Part shown: in pieces, positions 10,251 through 19,912 of the stretch
Position numbering within the stretch: position 1 is the stretch's first letter
How the letters are laid out: every line of letters starts with the position of its first letter
Source of the DNA: an uncultured virus (IMG/VR IMGVR_UViG_3300027732_001162)
Taxonomy: Duplodnaviria > Heunggongvirae > Uroviricota > Caudoviricetes
IMG/VR virus record: IMGVR_UViG_3300027732_001162
Length of the DNA: 56,042 nucleotides
Direction: 5' to 3' (one strand)
Position numbers and translations under genes: made by a program
Notes under the pieces: model-generated
What the model was told of the DNA's origin: nothing
The model's input: the letters and a program-made list of their open reading frames with translations, nothing else
Databases searched by the model: none

Positions 10251-10427
10251 TTAGAATAAAATTACAATTACTGTCATTGCTAGAACAGCCAGCAACGAGA
10301 CAAGTATACTATACGCAACGGACTTAGTCAATGACCATCGCTCCTTTCTTTCTATCTTTCTCCAGGCAGTAATGCCCAAATGTATCAAGACAGCAAGTAT
10401 GGCAAATGCTAACCAAAGACGGATCAT
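10251..10427 (-). CDS. Small two-TM protein (58 aa)
   Basis: Manual translation MIRLWLAFAILAVLIHLG...VIVILF. Confidence 0.65.
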   Translation of the reverse strand: MIRLWLAFAILAVLIHLGITAWRKIERKERWSLTKSVAYSILVSLLAVLAMTVIVILF

Positions 10428-10867
10428 TTTGGCATCTCGTAAGTTTGAGCAAAGATGTCTTTCTTTACAACACCATAATCATTTTCACCGTGACGAACAA
10501 TAACATCTTCGCTAGGATTGTAATGTAGCTTCTCACCCCAGCTTGTGTCAACTGATCCAGAATGATCTGCAAGTTTAGCAATCTTCATGATTTTTTTAGG
10601 CGTACAAACTCCGTCACCTAAATCGTCTTTGAGATCACGAAACTTTTCCGGAGTAATTGGATACTGTTCACCTTTTGGTCCAGTCATGATATAGTATCCA
10701 GCAGGATACTTAACTGGGCCTTCTAGTGTTTCAATGGTACCTGGTTCATCCGCAATTTCATAACGTTCTTTGGCAGGCTTTTTATAAGTTTCAAAGCTAC
10801 CATTTTTAAACCAAGCATCAGTGATGCCTTCCATTGATTCTATAATATTCATAAATTCTTTAATCAT
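10424..10867 (-). CDS. Hypothetical protein with internal duplication (PGDYG-like)
   Basis: TLEG...GEQYPITPEKF and TSWG...NDYGVVKKDIF repeats. Confidence 0.65.
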   Translation of the reverse strand: MIKEFMNIIESMEGITDAWFKNGSFETYKKPAKERYEIADEPGTIETLEGPVKYPAGYYIMTGPKGEQYPITPEKFRDLKDDLGDGVCTPKKIMKIAKLADHSGSVDTSWGEKLHYNPSEDVIVRHGENDYGVVKKDIFAQTYEMPK

Positions 10868-11442
10868 TATTGCACCTTAGGTAGTTCTTTGAACGCTTCA
10901 GTAGCACGAACTTGTTCACGTTCATCACGCTTGAGTCCGTCTTTGTATTTGCGTTGCACATTGGCATCGCCAGTAGGCAATGCCACCAATACATAGGCAG
11001 TGAACTTGCTACCAGTGCGAATTACCAAAGGATTCTCACCCACGTCTTTGGCACCATAAGTTTCATAGCCAGTCACGTCAACACTGTTACAATTTGTACG
11101 TGTTACTTTTTCAATACTGCTGGACTTTGAGCTACCTGTTTCAAACTGTTTAGTTTGGCTACTGACTCTGCCATCTGCACTGTAGCACAGGTCTGTCAGA
11201 GCATTGGTACGTGCCATATGGATAGCCATGTTATAGCTGTCAGCTGAACCTTCAGCGGCGGCAAAAATTGCACTGTTACTAACGGGCAATTTGGTCATCC
11301 ACTCTGGACGCTTCTTGAGTGCCCTGTCAATGGCTTCTTCTTGATATTGACGTTCATTGTCAGCACGGCGTTGATACACATCAGTTGTGCCACAAGCCGC
11401 CAACATGGCAACCACGGGGATTAACAATAGAGTTTTTTTCAT
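10867..11442 (-). CDS. Lipoprotein (LPP20-like)
   Basis: MKKTLLLIPVVAMLAAC lipobox; RPEW motif. Confidence 0.7.
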   Translation of the reverse strand: MKKTLLLIPVVAMLAACGTTDVYQRRADNERQYQEEAIDRALKKRPEWMTKLPVSNSAIFAAAEGSADSYNMAIHMARTNALTDLCYSADGRVSSQTKQFETGSSKSSSIEKVTRTNCNSVDVTGYETYGAKDVGENPLVIRTGSKFTAYVLVALPTGDANVQRKYKDGLKRDEREQVRATEAFKELPKVQ

Positions 11443-11564
11443 AGTGCTTTTCCTATTTTTTCTTTGGACCATTCAGCACCAGACGAAATGTCTTTGCCGA
11501 TTCCTGATACAGTTGAACATGCGGCTAAGTTAATAACCAAAATAAGTGCTAGGATAATTTTCAT
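11439..11564 (-). CDS. Entericidin EcnA/B-like lipoprotein (41 aa)
   Basis: MKIILALILVINLAACSTVSGIGKDISSGAEW. Confidence 0.75.
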   Translation of the reverse strand: MKIILALILVINLAACSTVSGIGKDISSGAEWSKEKIGKAL

Positions 11565-11689
11565 TTTGCCAACTCCGTGCTTTGTGTTTTAACTGTGTCT
11601 ACACCTTTGTCCAACATTCGAGCAATGCCGGAGAATCCGACAGTGGCTAGAACTAGTCCAAAAACTGTGCCTGCGATGAATGCCTTCAT
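11561..11689 (-). CDS. Small membrane protein (42 aa)
   Basis: MKAFIAGTVFGLVLATVGFSGIARML...; AGAAAGG RBS. Confidence 0.65.
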   Translation of the reverse strand: MKAFIAGTVFGLVLATVGFSGIARMLDKGVDTVKTQSTELAK

Positions 11690-11724
11690 ATAAATGCCTT
11701 TCTGTGTGTGTTGTGCATGTTAGT

Positions 11725-11753
11725 ATTATAGCGTACTAGTAGTGCGTTGTCAA
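11725..11753 (-). promoter_or_regulatory. sigma70-type promoter
   Basis: TTGACA-N17-TATAAT. Confidence 0.85.
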
Positions 11754-11762
11754 CAATTGATT

Positions 11763-12116
11763 TTACCATTTGTCCACCACTGTCCACATGTCCAATTTGG
11801 CATCCTTTTGACAAATCACTCCGTGATTGACCTGTAGGATATTATTGAATACATAGCGTTCTCTAAACATACGGCATTTGGAATGACTGTGTTTGAAGTA
11901 AGTAATATTGAGTTCGGGAACATCTTCTACTTCTGTTTCCAAAATAACTTGTCCAATTCGAACTTTCTTTTCCAGTACGCCAAGTCCTTCACCACAAACA
12001 GTAAGTGTGTTGGTGCTGACAACTTCGTCGCCTTTGACAGCAGTACTCACACGGCTTTGGCAACCAGCCCAAGCTGAACCACTTATCAATGCCAAAATCA
12101 AAATATATATTTTCAT
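11763..12116 (-). CDS. Hypothetical secreted protein
   Basis: Signal peptide MKIYILILALISGSAWA. Confidence 0.65.
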   Translation of the reverse strand: MKIYILILALISGSAWAGCQSRVSTAVKGDEVVSTNTLTVCGEGLGVLEKKVRIGQVILETEVEDVPELNITYFKHSHSKCRMFRERYVFNNILQVNHGVICQKDAKLDMWTVVDKW

Positions 12117-12385
12117 TGTTTGCACCTATATTCATACCACCAAAGTGTTGCTTTCAAACGACTATTGTAAATCCTATCTTCTTCTTTGAGATTATCTGGT
12201 TCTGGATCGAAATTCTTTCTTTCCAAAATCTTCTTCAACATGGGTTGTTGTGTACTTGCCAGTTCGCACTTGGGTTCAAAGTCAACTAACTCTTGGTAGG
12301 TCAACATTTTTACAGGAGCAGGACCACTGGCCGCATTGTTACAGCCAGTAAGTACCAACGCAGATAGGATAAGCAAATGTTTCAT
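12113..12385 (-). CDS. Hypothetical lipoprotein
   Basis: LTGC lipobox. Confidence 0.7.
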   Translation of the reverse strand: MKHLLILSALVLTGCNNAASGPAPVKMLTYQELVDFEPKCELASTQQPMLKKILERKNFDPEPDNLKEEDRIYNSRLKATLWWYEYRCKQ

Positions 12386-12391
12386 GTTGTT

Positions 12392-12420
12392 AGTATAGCA
12401 CCAAAGGTGCCGCGTGTCAA
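12392..12420 (-). promoter_or_regulatory. sigma70-type promoter
   Basis: TTGACA-N17-TATACT. Confidence 0.7.
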
Positions 12421-12842
12421 CGGTACTTGTCGTCTAATTCCACATTAGTCAAACCAGCAATGGTTTGAAACTTGTCCCAAGCCATTTGGGCGGCTGGATT
12501 TTTGGCAAGCTCTGTATTTGGCAAAACTGCTTCCAACCAAATTTCTGGTCTGCGTCTTGGATTAGCGCCGAATTGTCGAGGTTGATGCATTTTGCCATCT
12601 TCATATAGCATACTGCTCACGCTACGGAACTTGTCCTCGTCGTCTTTACTGTGGAAGTCGTAGCGACCCCACTCTGGATTACTCATGCCTCCTAGGCAAT
12701 AGCCTTCCCAAATACCCGACCATTGAGCATCATCTCGAGGATCAAAATCTGTACGAGTGATCAGCACTAGTACATCGTCAATGTCCACACGACCTTCAAC
12801 AATGTCCAAAATGCAACGGCTATAACTTAGTCCGATTTTCAT
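12417..12842 (-). CDS. Hypothetical phage protein
   Basis: 141 aa ORF, 4-nt overlap with upstream gene. Confidence 0.7.
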   Translation of the reverse strand: MKIGLSYSRCILDIVEGRVDIDDVLVLITRTDFDPRDDAQWSGIWEGYCLGGMSNPEWGRYDFHSKDDEDKFRSVSSMLYEDGKMHQPRQFGANPRRRPEIWLEAVLPNTELAKNPAAQMAWDKFQTIAGLTNVELDDKYR

Positions 12843-13153
12843 ATAATCACACTTTCATTTTTTGGTGTTTTAAAAACATTCTGTCCACAGCGCCTAATAG
12901 CGTCTGCCAATTCTTGCGGACTATCTTCTGCGTACTCGTTTAGTTCATCCAAACTGATCTCACTTTCGAATGCCCATATTTCTGGAAATCTCTGTGGGTT
13001 GGCTTGTGCTCTTAGTATAGCATGTCTGGGTATAGGAAAGTCAACTTTTTCGTCGCCTTTCAGCACAGCCCAGAACTTTTTCTTCTCGTAGTCAGTAACA
13101 TTAAAGATCCATTCAAAACCCAATGTATCAAAATATGCCATGTATGCTGTCAT
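12839..13153 (-). CDS. Hypothetical protein
   Basis: Start moved to MTAYMAY after GAGG RBS. Confidence 0.7.
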   Translation of the reverse strand: MTAYMAYFDTLGFEWIFNVTDYEKKKFWAVLKGDEKVDFPIPRHAILRAQANPQRFPEIWAFESEISLDELNEYAEDSPQELADAIRRCGQNVFKTPKNESVII

Positions 13154-13154
13154 G

Positions 13155-13394
13155 CTACCCTCTCGAGCCAGTTGATGTTTTAGATAGTGTAGGACCATCG
13201 GATACAAAGTCCATACTGGCCATACGACCTTCATATACCTTGCCATTCCACTTCATAGCAATCTTTACTGCTTTGCTAACAATCACATGCAGTACCACAT
13301 GTTGTTGAAAATCTTGAACAACTGCTTCAACAATCTTTCCACTGGCTGATTGTTTAATTTGACAAGTGTCACTGTGTCTCGTTATTGTGTTCAC
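13155..13394 (-). CDS. Hypothetical protein
   Basis: Operon-packed ORF. Confidence 0.6.
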   Translation of the reverse strand: MNTITRHSDTCQIKQSASGKIVEAVVQDFQQHVVLHVIVSKAVKIAMKWNGKVYEGRMASMDFVSDGPTLSKTSTGSRG

Positions 13395-13695
13395 GTTCTT
13401 CCCCTAGGGTAATTAAAATACTCTTAACACTATCCCATCGAAAACTTTTCCAATGTCCTGCTTCCATGTCATATACTGGCATAACAGCTTCATTTGTCTT
13501 GCGTTCTTTTTTGGATTCAACAATAGCTGGATCTTTAAACAACACATAAGTTGGATTGGTAGTACATTTCATAACACGCTCAGTACCATCCTTCTTTGTA
13601 AACGTCACCGTAACAGGGCCAGATTTAAGATTGCCTCTCAGCCACTTCTTAAATAAGGCCGAGTCTTTTTCGCTTAGATTGCCCACCGTGGTCAT
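13369..13695 (-). CDS. SH3/WYL-like beta-barrel protein
   Basis: VTFTKKDGTERVMKCT...VYDMEAGHWKSFRWDSV. Confidence 0.7.
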   Translation of the reverse strand: MTTVGNLSEKDSALFKKWLRGNLKSGPVTVTFTKKDGTERVMKCTTNPTYVLFKDPAIVESKKERKTNEAVMPVYDMEAGHWKSFRWDSVKSILITLGEEREHNNETQ

Positions 13696-13847
13696 TCTGC
13701 GCTTTCTAGTTCTGAAACACGCTGACGCAAATTATGAACTTCTGCTTCTAATTTGGCAATGTGTTCAGAAATTTGTAGCATAAAATTAAGAGTATTCTCC
13801 CCAGTAGTTTTTACCATTTCAGATACTGACATTTTGACTTCTTCCAT
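13692..13847 (-). CDS. Small coiled-coil protein (51 aa)
   Basis: GGAGG RBS; MEEVKMSVSE...LEAEVHNLRQRVSELE. Confidence 0.6.
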   Translation of the reverse strand: MEEVKMSVSEMVKTTGENTLNFMLQISEHIAKLEAEVHNLRQRVSELESAE

Positions 13848-14708
13848 TTAAACCTCCAATAAAATATTTGGGTTCCAGCCTGTGTTTTCGCTGTAACCAT
13901 CGTTTTCGTAACCACGTGGGTTACACACAACTCTAGTCTCACCAATCACATAATCAAACGGATGATGAGTATGTCCATGTGTCCACAGTTTGATCTGTGG
14001 GTGATCCAAGATAAACTCACTCAAGTCACTGTGATATCCACCATTCATTAGTGTTTCGTGTGCGTACATCGGGTGAGCACTTTGGAAACTTGGTGAGTGA
14101 TGTCCAACTACCACACATTTCTTATTCTTATGTACATGGACCATATGCTCGATGTAGGCAAGAGTCTTGTCGTGACGAATAGCAACATCCAACGCACTCA
14201 TAGGAGCATAGTTCCTAGCATCATTACGAATGATACGGAAGTCGTTCATCATACCTTCAATGGCATGCATTGTGAGCGGATCACGCTTGTTCATGTTGGT
14301 CCACAGTGTTCCACCCACAAACACCACATCATCAATAATCTTCGTGTCTTGCTCTAACATGTACACGTTAGGGTACTTGGCGCACTCGTTACGCATGTAT
14401 TCAATACCAGCATAGAACTTGCCATTGTAGAATTCGTGATTACCCATAATGTAGATAACATGTGGGAACTGAAAACTACAACGCTTGAAGAAATCACGGA
14501 ACCGTTGTGCTGTCAACTGTCTACGACCCAGGCCAGTACCATTAGCAATAGCCGCTTGATCAGCGGTGTTGGCAGGCTCGGGGTGGTCATGCAGATCCTG
14601 GGCGATACAAATATCACCACCAAGGATCAGCACATCATAGTTCTGATCGTTAACAACATTGACATCACTAAACTCCAAGTGGAGGTCAGATACCAGTTTG
14701 ATCTTCAT
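13848..14708 (-). CDS. Calcineurin-like metallophosphoesterase
   Basis: SDLH, GGD, GNHE, HHSP, GHTH, CNPRGY. Confidence 0.9.
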   Translation of the reverse strand: MKIKLVSDLHLEFSDVNVVNDQNYDVLILGGDICIAQDLHDHPEPANTADQAAIANGTGLGRRQLTAQRFRDFFKRCSFQFPHVIYIMGNHEFYNGKFYAGIEYMRNECAKYPNVYMLEQDTKIIDDVVFVGGTLWTNMNKRDPLTMHAIEGMMNDFRIIRNDARNYAPMSALDVAIRHDKTLAYIEHMVHVHKNKKCVVVGHHSPSFQSAHPMYAHETLMNGGYHSDLSEFILDHPQIKLWTHGHTHHPFDYVIGETRVVCNPRGYENDGYSENTGWNPNILLEV

Positions 14709-15303
14709 CAATTTCTACTTTCTCAAATGGCCAAGATTTCCCGGCACTTTCTAATACAAAACGCTGTGCATCTTCTTTGGTAAGACGTCCAGCCTCTACA
14801 TCTTCAATAGCCTGACGTAGTGCATCTTCAACTAGTTGGTTGAAAGTTATGTCACGTTCGTGTGCTATTTTCATATATTGTAACAGATCTTCATCCGAAA
14901 AGTCAACCTGGACTTGTACCCGTGTATCGTAAGACTCTCCTGCCCGAATGGCAAGTGCTTTTTGGATAAAGTCATCCGCCACATCCAAATCCACATAGTC
15001 AACATCGTCCCATGCTTCGTTCAAATTAACATCACGCATCTCTGCTTCCTTGCGATGTTTCTCTTGAAACTTTGGATTGATCATTCGGTAAGCACGGTCA
15101 TTGGTGTAATCACACATGCTGACTTCATAAATCTTTTGACTCTTGGTACTGAACACAATACTGAAACTGCATCCACCCTTGCCATGAACACCATTCCACG
15201 AGTCTAAGCTAAAACTATTTGGGCCGTAACAACCCCAACCATAATCACTACCTTCGGTAATCTTATAGTCAACCAATTCCATCCATTCTTTTAAATTAAT
15301 CAT
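14686..15303 (-). CDS. Hypothetical protein with C-terminal RHH-like segment
   Basis: AHERDITFNQLVEDAL. Confidence 0.65.
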   Translation of the reverse strand: MINLKEWMELVDYKITEGSDYGWGCYGPNSFSLDSWNGVHGKGGCSFSIVFSTKSQKIYEVSMCDYTNDRAYRMINPKFQEKHRKEAEMRDVNLNEAWDDVDYVDLDVADDFIQKALAIRAGESYDTRVQVQVDFSDEDLLQYMKIAHERDITFNQLVEDALRQAIEDVEAGRLTKEDAQRFVLESAGKSWPFEKVEIDEDQTGI

Positions 15304-15473
15304 TTGAACACCTTTGAATCAAAAATAATTGCTGAACCCAGCACAATAAAAAATACACCGCCCAGTGTGTCTCCAAGAGTTACACTTGCAACACCATTCA
15401 ACACATTTATTCCACCGATAGCATATCCGATCGTTTGACGGTTACGACCAAACCATTCCATAAATTTTTCCAT
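15300..15473 (-). CDS. Small membrane protein (57 aa)
   Basis: MEKFMEWFGRNRQTIGYAIGG... Confidence 0.6.
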   Translation of the reverse strand: MEKFMEWFGRNRQTIGYAIGGINVLNGVASVTLGDTLGGVFFIVLGSAIIFDSKVFK

Positions 15474-16087
15474 TATTCTTCAAATCCTTCTTTAAGTAAT
15501 TTTTTATATTCCCATTCTTCATCTGCCTTTGCACGGGCAACTTCACGTGCTTCCTCGCATGGTGTGCAATATGTATGCACCCAACCGCCGCCTCGACGTT
15601 CACCAACATTGCCACAGCTTTCGCAAGTGACTCCAGTCATGCTTTCTGCCAGTGATACCATACCACTGATATAGTCATCACCACCTGAGTAATAAAATCT
15701 CAATGTACCGAACTTTTCTTTAACTTGATCCAACGTCACTTGCGGAATAGAGTCTGGTACAGTTCTAAAGCCTCCAGCAACAATTTCCGCCAGTCGTTTT
15801 TCTTTGTACTCGTCGTTGGGTAAGGCTTTCATATCTTCTTCGAACAAGTCAAAGTTACCAGCTTTGGCCTGTGTGGCCATTTCATTATACTTGATAGCAC
15901 CTGCTCGCTGTTTGTCCTTCCAATCGATATGATGTTGAATACTGCCCATGAGCTGATCCAGTATATTGAACCAACCATCGCCACATTCAAATCCCCAACA
16001 CATACAAGTTTCCTGCATGTTCTTGTTGCGGTTCACCATCATCTTTGGATACTTCTCGCACAACAGTTTATCTAGTTCTTGTTTCAT
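15473..16087 (-). CDS. Conserved phage protein with C-terminal Zn finger
   Basis: ECGDGW, QVKEKFGTLRFY, CESC...C. Confidence 0.7.
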   Translation of the reverse strand: MKQELDKLLCEKYPKMMVNRNKNMQETCMCWGFECGDGWFNILDQLMGSIQHHIDWKDKQRAGAIKYNEMATQAKAGNFDLFEEDMKALPNDEYKEKRLAEIVAGGFRTVPDSIPQVTLDQVKEKFGTLRFYYSGGDDYISGMVSLAESMTGVTCESCGNVGERRGGGWVHTYCTPCEEAREVARAKADEEWEYKKLLKEGFEE

Positions 16088-16095
16088 ATGTTTTC

Positions 16096-16311
16096 CTAGT
16101 CGTATGCCACATTAGGCATTTTCTTTTTACCAGTCCAGTGATCTCGCGTCACACATACACCTTTGTGTTTTACACCCATTGGACTATCCAAGACTGACAA
16201 TTGAATTCGTACTGCTTCACACTCTTTTTGCGATTGAAACTCGACGGGAGTTTTGTTGATAAAATCTCCACCAGGGCTAAACATAGCAATGATCAATATC
16301 CAGGAGTTCAT
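16096..16311 (-). CDS. Hypothetical protein
   Basis: Operon-packed ORF. Confidence 0.6.
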   Translation of the reverse strand: MNSWILIIAMFSPGGDFINKTPVEFQSQKECEAVRIQLSVLDSPMGVKHKGVCVTRDHWTGKKKMPNVAYD

Positions 16312-16664
16312 TCTACTACTCCTTCCACACGTTTGCCTTCTTTGAGTGTGCGCATCAATTGCCTGTTGCGCACTTTTTGTTCTGCGTCCAAACGTTTTTC
16401 ATCTGTGCTGATGCGGCACAACATGTCGTAATCTCGTGCCCACTGTACTCCAGCCAGCCAATCTTCCAATCGTTCCAAACTACCCACAAACAGTTCCGCA
16501 TCTCGGCTGTACGCAGGCAATGCATCTGCATCTTTTGGCACTAGGCTCAAGGCGCCGTGATCGTCTGTCCAATCACCGTGCTTGCTTTTGCTGAACTTGA
16601 AACCAAGGAGATCGATTTTCTCTTCGATATTTCGAATTCTTTGAATTGTATTCCAACCGCTCAT
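16308..16664 (-). CDS. Hypothetical protein
   Basis: ATGA overlaps on both sides. Confidence 0.7.
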   Translation of the reverse strand: MSGWNTIQRIRNIEEKIDLLGFKFSKSKHGDWTDDHGALSLVPKDADALPAYSRDAELFVGSLERLEDWLAGVQWARDYDMLCRISTDEKRLDAEQKVRNRQLMRTLKEGKRVEGVVE

Positions 16665-17347
16665 TGTGCTACCTTTACATAGTGTAGTCTAGTCACATCA
16701 TTTTGATGTTTCCAGTGCTTGTTGCAATCCTTAACTTTGGCTTTGACTACAACAGCTGGTCCTAAATTAAGATTCGTTTTGTTCATCCAAGATACCATCT
16801 TATTGCTTATTATAGCATCTATATTCCAACCCTCAAAGTTTTTTGACTTAACTGAGGAGATTATTTCCGCATCCAAATCTTTAACTGTACTGCCAATTTC
16901 TGCCAAACAACCTTCCTCAACTGACCTAGCCGCTCGTTTAACTTTGGTTTGCACAATATCCCTAGCATGAACGCTGGGCAAACAAGCCACATAACCAAAT
17001 TGGTTTTGTTTAACAGTATCGCTGGATAAAATTGTGTTGATGTTGGTTTGAAAATCGTTTTCGCCTTCTATAGCGCCAAACATAAATTTTCTGAAATGCC
17101 GTTTAATTTCTTCTGCAAGTGTAACATCTTCAGGCAGTACTCGAAGTGGCATTGGAGAATCTTTTGGATCAGCTGTCCAATGGCGATGATCCACTGTACA
17201 CAGCATCAGCATCTTGTTAGATTTTTTAGAATACATAAAGACGCCGTCTTCAGCCCATACGTTTTCTGCTTCTTTAATGTAAGCACCGTTGATGCGCTGA
17301 GCCGCACAAGCCAGCTCAAGAACTTGTTGGGTAGGAAACTCTTTCAT
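16661..17347 (-). CDS. Hypothetical protein with C-terminal OB-like segment
   Basis: 228 aa; KAKVKD...TRLHYVK. Confidence 0.7.
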   Translation of the reverse strand: MKEFPTQQVLELACAAQRINGAYIKEAENVWAEDGVFMYSKKSNKMLMLCTVDHRHWTADPKDSPMPLRVLPEDVTLAEEIKRHFRKFMFGAIEGENDFQTNINTILSSDTVKQNQFGYVACLPSVHARDIVQTKVKRAARSVEEGCLAEIGSTVKDLDAEIISSVKSKNFEGWNIDAIISNKMVSWMNKTNLNLGPAVVVKAKVKDCNKHWKHQNDVTRLHYVKVAQ

Positions 17348-17379
17348 GTTACGCTCTGTGTGTAGTTGCTATACTTTGT

Positions 17380-17408
17380 ATTTTACACGAAGACAGAGTC
17401 CGTGTCAA
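17380..17408 (-). promoter_or_regulatory. sigma70-type promoter
   Basis: TTGACA-N17-TAAAAT. Confidence 0.7.
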
Positions 17409-18051
17409 TCTTCTGTAGCCGCACATATACCTTTTTGGATAACTTTTTGAGCAAAGGATTGTGTATTGATCCAAACTGTCCAAAATAAGCCGCTAGATTT
17501 GGACTAACATATCTGCCATTGAATTTCAATTTGGCAAGAGCTGATGCTTTGCTCATCAATCTCAATGCTCTAAATTTTCCTAAAGTACGGCAAAGTTCAA
17601 TGGCAATGCTAAGTGCATAAGCATCGAGTTCGTCATCTTCTGCAAGATATTCTTTGTAGGGAGATTTGACATTTTCGGCATATACATTATACTTACGTTT
17701 TATGCTTTGGCGTTGATGTTTGTATTCGTGTACTGTAGCATCAAATATTTGTATTAAAAATTCTGTAGTATGCTTTTTATCCCATATTGCAAATTTTTCA
17801 AAATTATGGTGTACAACTATTTCAATTGGGATTTCTTTATTTTTATCGTCTTCGGCATCGTAATATGCGTTGACATAAAATTCTACAGGATCTAGTCCTT
17901 TATCTCTATCGGATTTTATTTTGAGATTGAATCCACGCTCTCTGAACTCTCTGCGTAGCATGGTCAACAAGTTTTGAAAACTTACACCGTGTTTGCTGTT
18001 ATGTCTAACTCGATTACAAACAGAAGATACTGTCTCCATCACTGTGTTCAT
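17383..18051 (-). CDS. HExxH zincin-like protein
   Basis: TVHEYKH...DELDAY; paralog of 4524..5252. Confidence 0.6.
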   Translation of the reverse strand: MNTVMETVSSVCNRVRHNSKHGVSFQNLLTMLRREFRERGFNLKIKSDRDKGLDPVEFYVNAYYDAEDDKNKEIPIEIVVHHNFEKFAIWDKKHTTEFLIQIFDATVHEYKHQRQSIKRKYNVYAENVKSPYKEYLAEDDELDAYALSIAIELCRTLGKFRALRLMSKASALAKLKFNGRYVSPNLAAYFGQFGSIHNPLLKKLSKKVYVRLQKIDTDSVFV

Positions 18052-18052
18052 T

Positions 18053-18271
18053 TTATAACCTATATGTCACACGACCTTTTGACAAGTCATAAGTGCTTAT
18101 TTCCACTCGGACCTTGTCGCCCAAGATAATCTTAATTTTATGTTGTTTTAGCCTGCCACCCAAGTAGGCCAATATGACATGCTGGTTATCGTCCAGCTTT
18201 ACTCTGTACATATTACCAGGTAATACTTCAGTAACTTGCCCAGTCAACTCCAGTAAATCATCCTTACTCAT
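18053..18271 (-). CDS. infA: Translation initiation factor IF-1
   Basis: MSKDDLLELTGQVTEVLPG...GDKVRVEISTYDLSKGRVTYR, 72 aa. Confidence 0.95.
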   Translation of the reverse strand: MSKDDLLELTGQVTEVLPGNMYRVKLDDNQHVILAYLGGRLKQHKIKIILGDKVRVEISTYDLSKGRVTYRL

Positions 18272-18438
18272 GCTTTGCTAATGATCATCTTTCCATCTTC
18301 TACTTGAATGTTGAGTGTGGTACCTTCTACCCAACCCTGTGCTTCGCAAATTTCTGGAGGGATTTTCATCATGACATGATCCGGGTCTCCGGGTATGTCC
18401 TCAAAAAGCTCTTCTGCTGTAAATGTTAGTGTTGTCAT
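18268..18438 (-). CDS. AbrB/MazE-like small DNA-binding protein
   Basis: KIPPEICEAQGWVEGTTLNIQVEDGKMII. Confidence 0.6.
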   Translation of the reverse strand: MTTLTFTAEELFEDIPGDPDHVMMKIPPEICEAQGWVEGTTLNIQVEDGKMIISKA

Positions 18439-19037
18439 TTGGTTCCAATTATCATAAATCTTTTGTATAGCGGTAACTGTAATTCGCCACTCCATAGAAC
18501 GTTAATTTTACACTGTTCTGCAAATTCGTCAACCGACTCGGCAATTCTAATGTGCTCGTCTATATTATAGTTATTACTTTGCAGTACCAATAACTGATTG
18601 TCTTGGCGTTTGCCTAGCCATGTTTCATATTGTGCTTGTGTTATGTGTTCGCAACTGGTGTTGATAACTACATCAGCGAATGATATTAAATTGCACATGT
18701 CCCCTGTGCTGGCTTGGAATCTACCCGCCATTTCTTCGCCCTTGTTCATCATTGTAGCAATAGGTTCACAGGTAGGATCAATGTCTAGACTGTAAATGCG
18801 TTTGACAGGAATTTTACTTTGAAACAACATGCTGGCCAGCACACCCACCCAACCGCCGTGTATTTCGATACTGACTGGTTCATCTTTGACCGAACATTGC
18901 ATACTCAATGCTTGCACAAGCCATTCTTTGCTCTTGAGCTGGCCACTCCAAAAAGCATCCATAGTACGCATAGGATCTGGGCTTTGCCTGATGGCCTGCA
19001 TCCAGTAGTGTAAGTGTTCTAAATCAATCTTCATCAT
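18435..19037 (-). CDS. Class I SAM-dependent methyltransferase
   Basis: IHGGWVG, SLDIDP, GDM, INTSCEH. Confidence 0.75.
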   Translation of the reverse strand: MMKIDLEHLHYWMQAIRQSPDPMRTMDAFWSGQLKSKEWLVQALSMQCSVKDEPVSIEIHGGWVGVLASMLFQSKIPVKRIYSLDIDPTCEPIATMMNKGEEMAGRFQASTGDMCNLISFADVVINTSCEHITQAQYETWLGKRQDNQLLVLQSNNYNIDEHIRIAESVDEFAEQCKINVLWSGELQLPLYKRFMIIGTK

Positions 19038-19581
19038 CGTTCCAAGGAACCGGCCGCCAGCCTAGTCTGTTCAAATCCAATTCAATTTCTTCAGTTACTT
19101 GACCTTCTGGTACATAGTCCCGGCCAGCTGGATCAGGAGTAGGCTCATAAAGATCCAACCCATAGCCAGATTCTTTATTGCCAATACCGCTACAGTACCA
19201 ATCAATATAGTCACCTTTTCCCTGCATGTCAGCAACAATGCCGCCAGCATGACGCCAACTGGCACTCCACACTTCGCCCTTCATCTCTTGCCAAAACTCA
19301 CGACTTTGCCAAGTCATATTACACATGGCCGCATATAAGTTTTGTGCATAGTTGTCTGACTCTTTAACTTTATCGCACATTTCTTTTGAGCTACGCAAAT
19401 CGTATTCCATGTTGTTTTTTTGCCATGCAGGATCGTGGATCTTGTTGGCATTATCGATCTTGATCTGATCCCACCAGTCGAGATAGTCTTGATTGGGCTC
19501 TTCACCAGCTTCTTCCGCACGTCTAATAGCACATTCCTTTTGAAAGGTATGTCTCTCAGGACTACTTGCTACTTTTTTCAT
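19024..19581 (-). CDS. Hypothetical phage protein
   Basis: AQNLYAAMCN...SWRHAGGIVA...DYIDWYCSG. Confidence 0.7.
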   Translation of the reverse strand: MKKVASSPERHTFQKECAIRRAEEAGEEPNQDYLDWWDQIKIDNANKIHDPAWQKNNMEYDLRSSKEMCDKVKESDNYAQNLYAAMCNMTWQSREFWQEMKGEVWSASWRHAGGIVADMQGKGDYIDWYCSGIGNKESGYGLDLYEPTPDPAGRDYVPEGQVTEEIELDLNRLGWRPVPWNDDED

Positions 19582-19883
19582 CAATGCCAATTTCCTCTAA
19601 AACAATGTAACACTTCGTGTGCAATTGTATCAGGATCTGTTTTAGATCCAGTAATAATTAAACAAACATTATTTTCCCAAAAACTACAAGCCAAACTGGG
19701 TTGCTTATAAGTTGGTTTTCCTCTACGCACTCGTTCAGCATTACAAGCCTTGTTCACGTCATCGGCTCCTCGCCAAGTAATTGTTGATGTGTTTATAACA
19801 TTCTTGTTAACTTCTATGACACCAATAGTTTGAGCCATTGCTACATTAGAAATCAATGCTAAAATTAAAAATACTGTTTTCAT
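19581..19883 (-). CDS. Secreted HExxH protein
   Basis: Signal peptide; AHEVLHC. Confidence 0.6.
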   Translation of the reverse strand: MKTVFLILALISNVAMAQTIGVIEVNKNVINTSTITWRGADDVNKACNAERVRRGKPTYKQPSLACSFWENNVCLIITGSKTDPDTIAHEVLHCFRGNWH

Positions 19884-19912
19884 AAAATGCCTTTCTGTGC
19901 CTGTGTTAAAAA

